From positions 800,001-864,000 of the forward strand of contig CAVYTA010000006.1 in assembly GCA_963771355.1 (NCBI GenBank): a stretch of DNA of 64,000 nucleotides. Direction: 5' to 3'. Each line of letters starts with the position of its first letter. The first letter of the stretch is position 1. Of the stretch, positions 1 to 8,881 are shown piece by piece. A program made the translations under genes and the position numbers. This DNA is from an uncultured Candidatus Rokubacteria bacterium. GTDB lineage: Bacteria > Methylomirabilota > Methylomirabilia > Rokubacteriales > CSP1-6. Below the pieces are notes generated by a model. That model saw only the letters and a list, made by a program, of their open reading frames with translations. It ran no database searches and was not told the origin of the DNA.

Positions 1-2
1 TG

Positions 3-365
3 GATCTCGGGGTGGGGGAGGACACGGTGACCGAGCTCATGGTCACCGAGGGCCTGCGCGACCGGAAAGCCATCATGGACACGCGGGGCGACGCGTTCGT
101 GGCCCTGCCCGGCGGCCTGGGTACCCTCGAGGAAATCCTCGAGGTCATGGCGCTCAAGCAGCTCGGCTATCACCGGAAGCCCATCGCCGTCCTGGACCTC
201 GACGGCTTCTATCAGCCACTGTGGGGCCAGATCCAGCGGGGCATCGACACGGGCTTCATCAAGCCCGAGTATCTCGATCTCTGGTATCCGGCCCCGGACG
301 TGGACGCGTTGCTTCGCTACCTCGAGGGGTATGCTCCCCACGGCTATGGCGCCAAGTGGCCCTGA
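3..365 (+). CDS. LOG family (TIGR00730-type) nucleotide phosphoribohydrolase, 5' part outside the window
   Basis: Signature RK..M..RGDAFVALPGGLGTLEE; frame open to the window edge. Confidence 0.9.
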   Translation, partial: DLGVGEDTVTELMVTEGLRDRKAIMDTRGDAFVALPGGLGTLEEILEVMALKQLGYHRKPIAVLDLDGFYQPLWGQIQRGIDTGFIKPEYLDLWYPAPDVDALLRYLEGYAPHGYGAKWP

Positions 366-409
366 CCTCGGACGGCCGTGCTACAATTTCGACGGTCAGG
401 AGGAGAGTC

Positions 410-958
410 ATGGCCATTCTCAAGGTCGCCCGTCTCGGTCATCCCGTGCTGCGTCAGGTGGCCGAACCCATCGATGTCGATGCCATCCGCTCGCCCGAGA
501 CCCAGCGGCTCGTGGACGATCTCATCGAGACCATGCGCGAGTACAACGGAGCCGGCCTCGCCGCCACCCAGGTGCACGTGCCCATGCAGGTGTGCGTCAT
601 CGAGGTGAAGGACAATCCCCGATATCCCGACGCGGAGTCCGTCCCGCTCACCGTTCTCATCAATCCCGTGGTGACCCCGCTCACCGCCGAGATGGAAGAG
701 GGGTGGGAAGGGTGTCTCTCGGTGCCCGACATGCGCGGCGTCGTTCCCCGCTACACGGCAGTGCGTCTCGAGGCGTATGACCGCGAAGCGAACCGGATCG
801 ACATGGTCGCCAAGGAGTTCTTCGCGCGCGTGATCCAGCACGAGACCGATCACCTGCGCGGATTGGTCTACCTCGACCGGATGAAGGACCTCTCGACCCT
901 CACCCACCTGGCGGAGTGGAACAAGTACTGGATGGGGCTCGAGGAGCAGGACGACTAG
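410..958 (+). CDS. def: Peptide deformylase
   Basis: Motifs GAGLAATQV, EGCLS and QHETDHL; AGGAG RBS before ATG 410; TGCTACAAT extended -10 at 379-387. Confidence 0.96.
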   Translation: MAILKVARLGHPVLRQVAEPIDVDAIRSPETQRLVDDLIETMREYNGAGLAATQVHVPMQVCVIEVKDNPRYPDAESVPLTVLINPVVTPLTAEMEEGWEGCLSVPDMRGVVPRYTAVRLEAYDREANRIDMVAKEFFARVIQHETDHLRGLVYLDRMKDLSTLTHLAEWNKYWMGLEEQDD

Positions 959-961
959 GGA

Positions 962-1318
962 GTGAGGCGCGTGGTGGCGGTGGTGAAGGACCTCTTCTTC
1001 GTGGCCCGCATCCGGGAGACGGCGAAGCTGGTCGGCACCCCGCTCGGCTTCGCGCGCAGTCCTGAGGAGCTCACCGCCGCGCTCGAGGGCGAGCCCCCCG
1101 GCCTGGTGATCATCGACCTCACCACCCCGGGGTGGGATCACGCGGCGCTCCTGGCCACGGTGGCGGCCCGGGCTCCGGGCGTCCCGGTGCTGGGTTACAC
1201 CACCCATGTCCTCGCGCGCCAGACCCAGCCGCTCCACGATCGCTGCGATCGCGTGGTCACCAAGGAAACGTTGACCCAGGAGCTCCCCCAGATCCTCCGG
1301 GAGGGCGTGCCCGCATGA
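962..1318 (+). CDS. Stand-alone response-regulator receiver-like protein (atypical)
   Basis: 118 aa with CheY-like pattern VVAVVKDL, LVIIDL, VPVLGYTTH; GGGAG upstream of the GTG. Confidence 0.65.
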   Translation: MRRVVAVVKDLFFVARIRETAKLVGTPLGFARSPEELTAALEGEPPGLVIIDLTTPGWDHAALLATVAARAPGVPVLGYTTHVLARQTQPLHDRCDRVVTKETLTQELPQILREGVPA

Positions 1319-1974
1319 CTGCTCAAGAGTTCGTGCAGGCCCTCGACCGGGAGAACCAGGCGCTGCTCCGGCGGCTCGAGCCCGAGGCCACGCTCAAGCC
1401 CGAGGTCGAGGGCAGCCTCACCGTGCTGAACCTCCTGAAGGTGGCGCTCAAGAACGAGGTGGAGGCCACCGAGATCGCCGCGCGCTGGCTGGTGCGGACC
1501 GACGACGTCGACGTGAAGCTGGCCTTCGCCCGGCAGGCCGGGGACGAAGCCAAGCATTACCGCTTGATCGCGGACCGCCTGCGCGAGCTGGGCTTCGATG
1601 CCAGCGGCTTCGATCCCCTCGCCAAGGGCTATGGTCCGCTCTTCCAGTACCTCGACTCGCTCGAGACCACGGTGGAGCGCGTGGCCGCGGGCCAGTTCAC
1701 CCGCGAGGCCATCGCGGTGGTGAAGAACCGCCAGTTCATCGAGTTCTGCGAGCGGGCAGGGGACGACGCCACCGCCGCCCTCTATCGGCAGACCATCGAG
1801 CCGGACGAGCGCTTCCACCACGAGCTGGGCCGGCGGCTCCTGCTCCGCTTCGCCACCAGCCCGGAAGCGCAGGAGGCCGCCCGCCGCGCGGCGGCCCGGA
1901 CGCTCTCGCTCGCGGAGGAGCTCCAGACGGCGGCGCTCCGCACCGCGGGCATCCACCACGCCCCGGGTTGCTGA
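1315..1974 (+). CDS. Ferritin-like diiron-carboxylate protein
   Basis: Two E...ExxH pairs (NEVEATE/DEAKH and REAIA/DERFH); ATGA overlap with upstream gene; ends HHAPGC. Confidence 0.85.
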   Translation: MTAQEFVQALDRENQALLRRLEPEATLKPEVEGSLTVLNLLKVALKNEVEATEIAARWLVRTDDVDVKLAFARQAGDEAKHYRLIADRLRELGFDASGFDPLAKGYGPLFQYLDSLETTVERVAAGQFTREAIAVVKNRQFIEFCERAGDDATAALYRQTIEPDERFHHELGRRLLLRFATSPEAQEAARRAAARTLSLAEELQTAALRTAGIHHAPGC

Positions 1975-2807
1975 TGAGCGCGGAACCGTCGCTCACCGCC
2001 TGGGCCGCCGAGGTCGAGCGCCCCGACACCGACATCAATCTCTCGCGCGCCGCGCTGGCGCTCTCTCGCATGGAGTATCCCGAGCTGGACGCCGAGCGAT
2101 ATCTGCGCCGGCTCGACGGGCTGGCGGCGGACGTGGCGAGCCATCCGGGCGGCGGGACTCCCCTCGAGCGCCTGCACCGGTTGCGGGAGTATCTCTTTGC
2201 CGAGCAGGGCTTCAAGGGAAATCGCGACGACTATTTCGACCCGCGGAACAGCTTTCTTTCCGACGTGCTGGACCGTCGGGTGGGAATTCCCATCTCGCTG
2301 TCCCTCGTCCTCATCGAGGTGGGAAAGCGGCTCGACCTTCCCATGGAAGGCATCGGGCTGCCCGGTCACTTCATCACCGGCGTACGGCTCGACGAGTCGC
2401 CGATCCTGCTCGATCCCTTCCACGGCGGGGCCATCCTGACGCCGGAGAGCTGCCGGGAGGTGGTGTCGCGCGCACTCGGCAAGCGTGTCCGCCTCACCGA
2501 GGCGTCCTTCGTGCCGGTAGGCGACCGCCAGTTCCTCACCCGCATGCTCGCGAACCTCAAGGCCATCTACTGGCGTCGGGAAGACTGGCCCCGGGCGGTG
2601 GCGGTGAGCGACCGGATGCTCATCCTCGATCCCGCGTCCGGGGTCGAGCGACGCGACCGCGGCATCGCGCTGGCCAAGGCGGGGGACTATCGCCGCGGCC
2701 TCGCCGACTGGGAGCGCTACGTCACGGAGTTCCCCGACGCTCCTGACAACGCCGAGATGCGCGGGCATCTCCGCCACATCCGCCAGAAGCTCTCCGAGCT
2801 GAACTGA
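1974..2807 (+). CDS. SirB1-like protein (transglutaminase-like domain plus TPR)
   Basis: GFKGNRDDYFDPRNSFLSDVLDRRVGIPISL, GIGLPGHF, LDPFHGG, RMLANLK, ERRDRG; TGATG overlap. Confidence 0.9.
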   Translation: MSAEPSLTAWAAEVERPDTDINLSRAALALSRMEYPELDAERYLRRLDGLAADVASHPGGGTPLERLHRLREYLFAEQGFKGNRDDYFDPRNSFLSDVLDRRVGIPISLSLVLIEVGKRLDLPMEGIGLPGHFITGVRLDESPILLDPFHGGAILTPESCREVVSRALGKRVRLTEASFVPVGDRQFLTRMLANLKAIYWRREDWPRAVAVSDRMLILDPASGVERRDRGIALAKAGDYRRGLADWERYVTEFPDAPDNAEMRGHLRHIRQKLSELN

Positions 2808-2815
2808 GGCCTCCG

Positions 2816-3544
2816 GTGCGCGTCCGCGGAGGTCCCAATGTCTTCGGCTTCTCGGTCGGCATCCTCATGCTGGATACTCGCTTCCCGCGCATCCCCGGGG
2901 ACATGGGCAATGCCGGGACCTTCGACTTCCCCGTGCGCTATCACCGGGTGGACGGGGCGTCTCCCGACAAGGTGGTGCGGGGCGGCCACCGGACGCTGCT
3001 GCCCTCCTTCATCGAGGGCGCGCGCCTTCTCGAGCGCGAGGGGGTCCGGGCCATCACTACCAACTGCGGCTTCCTCGCCAAGTTCCAGGGCGAGATGGCG
3101 GCGGCGGTGTCGGTGCCCGTCTTCACGTCGAGCCTCATGCTCGTGCCGCTGGTCCACCGCATGCTGCCCCCCGGGCGCGCGGTGGGCATCATGACCGTGG
3201 ACGCCTCCTCGCTCCGGCCGGAGCACTACGCGGGGGCGGGGATCGGTTCCGACATTCCCACCGTGGTGGCGGGGCTCGAGACGGAAAAAGAGTTCACCCG
3301 GGTGATGCTCGACAATCTGCTCGAGCTGGACGTCGAGGCCGCGCGCCAGGAGCATCTCACCGTGGCGCGGCGGCTCGTGGCGGAGCACCCGGAGATCGGC
3401 GCGCTCGTGCTCGAGTGCACCAATATGCCGCCGTACCGCGCGGATATCCAGCACGCCACGGGGCTCCCCGTCTTCGACATCACGACGTTGGTGACGATGG
3501 TGCATGACGCCGTGCGCGACGGGCTGCCGCCCCGGCCCGCATGA
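2816..3544 (+). CDS. Aspartate/glutamate/hydantoin racemase family protein
   Basis: GILMLDTRFPRIPGDMGN; two Cys motifs TTNCGF and LECTNMPPY. Confidence 0.85.
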   Translation: MRVRGGPNVFGFSVGILMLDTRFPRIPGDMGNAGTFDFPVRYHRVDGASPDKVVRGGHRTLLPSFIEGARLLEREGVRAITTNCGFLAKFQGEMAAAVSVPVFTSSLMLVPLVHRMLPPGRAVGIMTVDASSLRPEHYAGAGIGSDIPTVVAGLETEKEFTRVMLDNLLELDVEAARQEHLTVARRLVAEHPEIGALVLECTNMPPYRADIQHATGLPVFDITTLVTMVHDAVRDGLPPRPA

Positions 3545-3580
3545 CCTTTGACCCACACCTTTGACAGGAGGCTCATCCCG

Positions 3581-4591
3581 ATGGTCAAGAAGACGTCTAC
3601 CGTGCTTGGCGCGATCGCGCTCCTGGCCGCGTCCGCCCTGCCCGCCCTCGCGCAGCAGTCCCTCACGTGGACCGCGGGCGCGGTGGGCGGCGGCTGGTAC
3701 ACCATCTCCGGGGGCATGGCGGAGCTGATGCGCGAGAAGGCCGGACTCAATATCAAGGTGGTGCCGGGCGGCGGGACCCAGAACCCCGTGCTGGTGCAGT
3801 CCGGTGAGGCCGAGATCGGGATGGGGCTGCCGCCGCTGCTCGGGGCGGCCTTTCGCGGTGAGGACCCGTATACCGGCAAAGCGATGCCCGACCTCCGCGC
3901 CATCGCCGGCAATATGAGCCTCAACACCTTTCACTTCTACGTCGCCAACGACTCACCCTACGCCAAGATGAGCATGGAGGAGATCATCAAGGGCAAGAAG
4001 CCCATCCGCCTTGCCATCTCCAAGCCGGGCTCGTCCGACGTGTGGGTGTTCGAGAAGGTGATGGTGCACTACGGCCTCTGCTCGGGCGCCAAGATCGAGG
4101 ACTGCTACAAGGCCTGGGAAGCGGCGGGGGCGAAGTTCTTCCGCGGCTCCTATTCCGAGCAGTCGGGCGCCTTCAAGGACCGGAACGTGGATGGGACCTT
4201 CACCTTCCTCGCGCTGCCCGGCGCCTCCATCACCGAGGCCTCGGTGGGCCGCGATTTGAAGCTCCTGGCCTTTCCCAAGCCCTTGCTCGAGTACCTCGGC
4301 AAGTTCGGGCTGGGGGAGGGCGTGATTCCCGCCGGCACCTATCCCAAGGCAGCCAACGGCAACGAGCCGGTGGTGTCGGCCACCATGGGCACGACCATCA
4401 CGGTATCCACCAAGATGTCCAACGACACCGCCTACACCCTGGCCAAGACCCTGAACGAGAACGTGGACCGGGTGCGGAAGATCCACGGCAGCCTCGCCGA
4501 CTACGAGCCCTCCAAGGGCCATCTTTTCCTGGGGGTGGCGCTCCACCCCGGCGCCGAGCGCTACTACAAGGAAAAGGGCTGGGTGAAGTAG
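3581..4591 (+). CDS. TAXI family TRAP transporter solute-binding subunit
   Basis: Signal peptide, TAGAVGGGWY, GGGTQN, C-terminal LHPGAERYYKE; AGGAGG RBS at 3566-3571. Confidence 0.93.
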   Translation: MVKKTSTVLGAIALLAASALPALAQQSLTWTAGAVGGGWYTISGGMAELMREKAGLNIKVVPGGGTQNPVLVQSGEAEIGMGLPPLLGAAFRGEDPYTGKAMPDLRAIAGNMSLNTFHFYVANDSPYAKMSMEEIIKGKKPIRLAISKPGSSDVWVFEKVMVHYGLCSGAKIEDCYKAWEAAGAKFFRGSYSEQSGAFKDRNVDGTFTFLALPGASITEASVGRDLKLLAFPKPLLEYLGKFGLGEGVIPAGTYPKAANGNEPVVSATMGTTITVSTKMSNDTAYTLAKTLNENVDRVRKIHGSLADYEPSKGHLFLGVALHPGAERYYKEKGWVK

Positions 4592-4844
4592 CGAGCCGAC
4601 ACGGAGTCCCTCGCTCGGACTCGCGATCCCGCAATCGCTGCTCGTGCGGGCGGACCGGCTGATTCAGCGATCGGCTAGTATGCGCCTCGCGGGAGCGCGG
4701 TCTCCCCCTACTTTTTCCGGATCATTGAGATCGACGTCGTAGAGGGAATCATGCGCGCTACCCGGCGCCACGTAAGATCACGAGTACAATCCCGGGCACG
4801 AGTGCAGGGTCGGATGCTATCCTCGCCGCTCGGGAGACGACGAA

Positions 4845-6725
4845 ATCAGGACGTTAACCGGCACTATTTACTGGGCCACCGGGGCGTACGCCGCTCTGGC
4901 CTCCGCCATTCACCTCTACACCGCGGGCTACGGAGTCTTCGAGCCGCGCATCCAGCGCTCGATGCATCTCCTCTTCCTCGTCCCGCTCGTCTTCCTGGCC
5001 TTCCCGTTCAACCAGAAGTCGCCTCGCCACCGGCCCAGCGGGCCGGACTGGATCTGGGCGACCATGGCCTGGCTCGGCAGCGCCTACCTCATCTGGGATC
5101 ACTCCCGGCTGGATCACCGCTGGGAGGGCGCCTCGCCGGTGCTCCCCGTCGAGGTCGTGCTGGGCTCGATGATGGCCGTGCTCATCATCGAGGGGTGCCG
5201 CCGCTCGCTGTCCCCCTGGATGGCGCTGACGATCTCGCTGTCCCTCGTCTACCTCGCCACCAGCCAGTGGATCCCGGGTCTCTTCAACTTCAAGGGCTAC
5301 ACCTTCCCCCGCATGGTCGAGTTCGTTTATCTCGCCGGCGACGAGGGGATGTACGGCTTTCTCACCGGTATCTCCGCGAACATCCTCTTCATCTACGTCC
5401 TCTTCGCCTCGGTGATGATGCGGGCCGGCGTCGGGGAGTGGGTGATCGACGTGGCGGTGGGCCTGGCCGGCTGGGCGCGCGGCGGCCCCGCCAAGATCGC
5501 GGTGATCGGCTCCGCGCTGTTCGGGACCATCTCGGGCTCGACGGTGGCCAATGTCTACGCCACCGGCTCCTTCACCATCCCGCTCATGAAGAAGGGCGGC
5601 TACTCGGCCAAGAACGCCGCCGCCATCGAGGCCATCGCGGGCACCGGGGGCCAGATCATGCCGCCGGTGATGGGCGCGGGCGTCTTCATCATGGCGGAGA
5701 TCACCGGCATCTCCTACTTCGAGATCATCAAGGCCGCCGCCATCCCCGCCATCCTCTACTACACCGGCCTCTTCGCCATGGTCCATTTCCTCGCCCTCCG
5801 CTACGGAGTGCAGGCGGTCCCGCTGAGCGAACGACCCTCGTGGCGCCCGGTGCTCCGGCGGGGCTACTTCGCGATCCCGTTCGTGATGATCGTCTATCTC
5901 CTCGCCGAGGGGTACTCGCCCACGGGCGCCGCCTTCTACACCATCGTGGTCACCTTCGTCCTGTCCTTCTTCGACCGCTCGACCTGGATGACCCCGCGCA
6001 AGTGCTGGCACGCGCTCGTCGAGGCGGCCTTCAGCGCCGCCACCATCGCGGTGGCGCTGGCGGGCTCGGGCATGATTGTCGGAGTGCTCACGCGCACCGG
6101 CGCGGCGCTGGCCTTCGGCGGCACCGTGGTCAACTGGGCCGGGGGCATCCTGCTCGTCGCCATGGTCCTGGTCTTCCTGGTGGTCTCGGTGCTCGGCACC
6201 GGCATCCCCACCACCGCCGCCTATGTGATCGCGGTGACGGTGGGCGCGGCGGCCCTGGGAAATCTCGGCGTGAGTCTCCTCGCCGCCCACCTCTTCGTCT
6301 TCTACTACGCGGTGCTCTCCGACCTCACCCCGCCCGATGCCGTCACCGCCTTCGCCGCCGCCAATATCGCGGGGGCGGACATGTTCGCCACGGGCATCGA
6401 GGCTTTCCGTCTCGGCATCGCGGGCTTCCTGGTGCCCTTCGCCTTCGTCTTCCACCCCGAGCTCCTGCTCAGGGGTGACTGGGGTCAGATCCTCCTCATG
6501 TCGGCCTTCGCCGCGGTCTCCGCCACCGCCCTGGCCTCGATGGTAGTGGGGCATGGCTGGGGCCCGCTCGGCTGGGGATTGCGGGGCATCTGCCTCGTCT
6601 CCGCCTCCATGCTGGTGATGCGGGCGCTCGCCTTCCAGGTCGCGGGGCTGGTCCTCTATGCGGCCGTGCTCGGCTGGGGCGCCTGGAGCCGCCGCGGCGA
6701 GCGCGCCCCCGTCACGGCCGCCTGA
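4845..6725 (+). CDS. TRAP transporter fused 4TM/12TM permease (start inferred at ATC 4845; first ATG is 4962)
   Basis: RGGPAKIAV, GTISGSTVANV, GGQIMPPVMG, GIPTTAAY, DLTPP; first TM helix (IHLYTAGYG) lies upstream of the first ATG. Confidence 0.9.
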   Translation: MRTLTGTIYWATGAYAALASAIHLYTAGYGVFEPRIQRSMHLLFLVPLVFLAFPFNQKSPRHRPSGPDWIWATMAWLGSAYLIWDHSRLDHRWEGASPVLPVEVVLGSMMAVLIIEGCRRSLSPWMALTISLSLVYLATSQWIPGLFNFKGYTFPRMVEFVYLAGDEGMYGFLTGISANILFIYVLFASVMMRAGVGEWVIDVAVGLAGWARGGPAKIAVIGSALFGTISGSTVANVYATGSFTIPLMKKGGYSAKNAAAIEAIAGTGGQIMPPVMGAGVFIMAEITGISYFEIIKAAAIPAILYYTGLFAMVHFLALRYGVQAVPLSERPSWRPVLRRGYFAIPFVMIVYLLAEGYSPTGAAFYTIVVTFVLSFFDRSTWMTPRKCWHALVEAAFSAATIAVALAGSGMIVGVLTRTGAALAFGGTVVNWAGGILLVAMVLVFLVVSVLGTGIPTTAAYVIAVTVGAAALGNLGVSLLAAHLFVFYYAVLSDLTPPDAVTAFAAANIAGADMFATGIEAFRLGIAGFLVPFAFVFHPELLLRGDWGQILLMSAFAAVSATALASMVVGHGWGPLGWGLRGICLVSASMLVMRALAFQVAGLVLYAAVLGWGAWSRRGERAPVTAA

Positions 6726-7113
6726 GGCGCTCGAGCAGGACGGCGTCCGCGGGGGGAAACTCGTAGCGACCGAGCTCGGCCGGCGCCGCCCACGCCATCT
6801 CCTGACCCTCGAGGGGGCGCGGCTCGCCCTCGATGGCGCAGCGGAAGAACTCGATCCGGACGTGCATGTCCGGATAGTGCCACTCGACGACCTCCACCGG
6901 CTCCCCCACGGTGGCGGACACCCCCAGCTCCTCGCGGATCTCGCGGGCCAGCGCCTCGCGGTCGGTCTCTCCGGGCAGCGCCTTGCCGCCCGGGAACTCC
7001 CAGAAGCCGGCCAGATGCGAGCCCGCCGGACGCCGCGTGATGAGGATCTTGCCATCGCGCTCGATCACCGCGGCCACCACCGCGATGGCGCGGATCGGGT
7101 CGACCGGGTCCAT
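6712..7113 (-). CDS. mutT: MutT-like Nudix hydrolase (8-oxo-dGTPase type)
   Basis: Nudix box WEFPGGKALPGETDREALAREIREELG and FPPAD; TGATG overlap with mutY. Confidence 0.85.
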   Translation of the reverse strand: MDPVDPIRAIAVVAAVIERDGKILITRRPAGSHLAGFWEFPGGKALPGETDREALAREIREELGVSATVGEPVEVVEWHYPDMHVRIEFFRCAIEGEPRPLEGQEMAWAAPAELGRYEFPPADAVLLERLRRP

Positions 7114-7805
7114 CAGGGGCGGCGGCGCCGGCGCGCGGCGGTCGTGGGGTAGCTCCGGCAGAACCCGCGCATGGGACACGGCCGGCAGCGAGGCGATCGC
7201 GCGGTGCACCACGTGGCGCCGAAGTCCATCAGCGCCTGATTCCAGTCATAGGCGCGTCCGGCGGGCAGCACCGCCGCGGAGAGATCCCACATGGTCTTCT
7301 GGCCGCGCAGGCGGGCCAGGCGCCGCGGCCCGAGCAGGATGCGACCCAGCACCCGGCGCACATTGGTGTCCACGATGCAGGCGTCGCGATCGAAAGCAAA
7401 GGAAAGCACCGCCCCCGCGGTATAGCGACCGATGCCGCGCATGCTCCGTAGGGCGGCGGCGTCGTCGGGGAGCCGCCCCGCGTACCGCGCGAGCGTCTCC
7501 CGGGCGATGCCCTGGAGGTTCACCGGCCTGATGTTGTAGCCCAGGGGGTACCAGGTACGTGTCACCTCCGCGGTGTCGGCCTGGGCGAGATGGACGAGGG
7601 TGGGATAGCGGCCGAGGAACTCGTGGTACTTGGGAATGACCCGCTCCACCTGCGTCTGCTGCAGCATGATCTCCGAGACGAGGATGTGATAGGGATCGCG
7701 GGTCTCGCGCCAGGGCAAGGGACGCCGGTGCCGCGCGTACCACACCAGCAGCCGGCGCTGGAAGCGGCGGCGCAGAGCAGGGGCGACGCGTATCGGCGCG
7801 GGCAC
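7113..7805 (-). CDS. mutY: A/G-specific adenine glycosylase, catalytic domain only
   Basis: RPLPWR, SEIMLQQTQV, HhH GIGRYTAGA, VDTNVRRV, NQALMDFGA and 4Fe-4S motif C-x6-C-x2-C-x5-C. Confidence 0.9.
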   Translation of the reverse strand: MPAPIRVAPALRRRFQRRLLVWYARHRRPLPWRETRDPYHILVSEIMLQQTQVERVIPKYHEFLGRYPTLVHLAQADTAEVTRTWYPLGYNIRPVNLQGIARETLARYAGRLPDDAAALRSMRGIGRYTAGAVLSFAFDRDACIVDTNVRRVLGRILLGPRRLARLRGQKTMWDLSAAVLPAGRAYDWNQALMDFGATWCTARSPRCRPCPMRGFCRSYPTTAARRRRRP

Positions 7806-7876
7806 GGCGGCATTCTGACGGACTCCGCGCAGGGCCGCAAGTTGACTTCCTCACTGCGGCCGACAACAATGACGCC

Positions 7877-8863
7877 ATGCCCCTCCCGCCGCTCGCCGAG
7901 CAGTATCGTGCCGTCCGCGAGGGCGCCGGGCTGCGCGACCGCTCCGATCTCGGCAAGGCCGAGGTCGAGGGACGGGACCGGGCGAGCTTCCTCCAGGGCA
8001 TGCTGAGCAATGACGTGAAGGGGCTGGCCCCCGGTCAGGGCTGCGCCGCCGCCTTCCTCGACGCCCACGGCAAGGTGATGGCGCTGCTCCGCGTCTACGC
8101 GCTTGCCGACCGCCTGCTGCTCGAGCTGCCGCCCCGGCTCACCGAGAAGACCTTGCAGCTGCTCGACAAGTACCTCATCTCGGAGAAGGTCTCCTTCGAG
8201 CCGATGGACGAGGCGTACGCCGTGCTGTCCCTGCAGGGGCCACGGGCGCAGGCGCTACTGGAGGGTCTCGCCGGCGGACCCCTGGCCGCGGAGCCGCATG
8301 CCCACGCCGAGGCCACCCTCGGCGGAGTCCGGGCGCGGGTAGTTCAACGCTCCGAGTTCGGAGCGTGGCCCGGCTTCTTCCTCTGGGTGGCTCCGGACGA
8401 GTCGCCGGCGCTCACGCGGGTCCTGCTCGAGGCGGGCGCGCGGCCCGTCGACGACGAGACGGCCGAGGTCCTCCGCGTGGAAGGCGGCGAGCCCGTTTTC
8501 GGAATAGACGTGGACGACACGGTGCTGCTGCCGGAGCTCCGCCGCGAGGACCTCATCAGCTATACCAAGGGTTGCTATATCGGTCAGGAGCTGGTGGCAC
8601 GGGTGAAGTACCGCGGCCATGTCAACCGCGCGCTCGCCGGGCTGTGCCTCGAGGGGGAGACGGTGGCCCGGCCGGGCGCCCCCGTGATGGCGGAAGGCAA
8701 GGAGATCGGCCGCGTCACCTCATCCGTGCGCTCCCTCGCGCTCGGCTTCCCCATCGCGCTGGCCTATGTCCGCCGCGAGCACCTCGAGCCGGGCACTCCG
8801 GTGGCCGTCGGCGCCGACGCTCCGCTCATCCCCGCGCGGGTCGCCGCGCTCCCGTTCGCTTAG
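7877..8863 (+). CDS. ygfZ: YgfZ/GcvT-family folate-binding protein
   Basis: G.DR..FLQGMLSND and SYTKGCYIGQELVAR. Confidence 0.88.
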   Translation: MPLPPLAEQYRAVREGAGLRDRSDLGKAEVEGRDRASFLQGMLSNDVKGLAPGQGCAAAFLDAHGKVMALLRVYALADRLLLELPPRLTEKTLQLLDKYLISEKVSFEPMDEAYAVLSLQGPRAQALLEGLAGGPLAAEPHAHAEATLGGVRARVVQRSEFGAWPGFFLWVAPDESPALTRVLLEAGARPVDDETAEVLRVEGGEPVFGIDVDDTVLLPELRREDLISYTKGCYIGQELVARVKYRGHVNRALAGLCLEGETVARPGAPVMAEGKEIGRVTSSVRSLALGFPIALAYVRREHLEPGTPVAVGADAPLIPARVAALPFA

Positions 8864-8881
8864 CCAGCCGGGAAAACGCCC

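Noticed and set aside
1966..1995. Ferritin-like gene ends GGT TGC TGA TGA, suggesting a C-terminal G-C-U selenocysteine motif
   Set aside because: The double TGA is explained by the TGATG overlap with the next start codon, and the following hairpin loop is only about 8 nt from the UGA, too close for a typical SECIS. Not fully excluded without homolog alignment.
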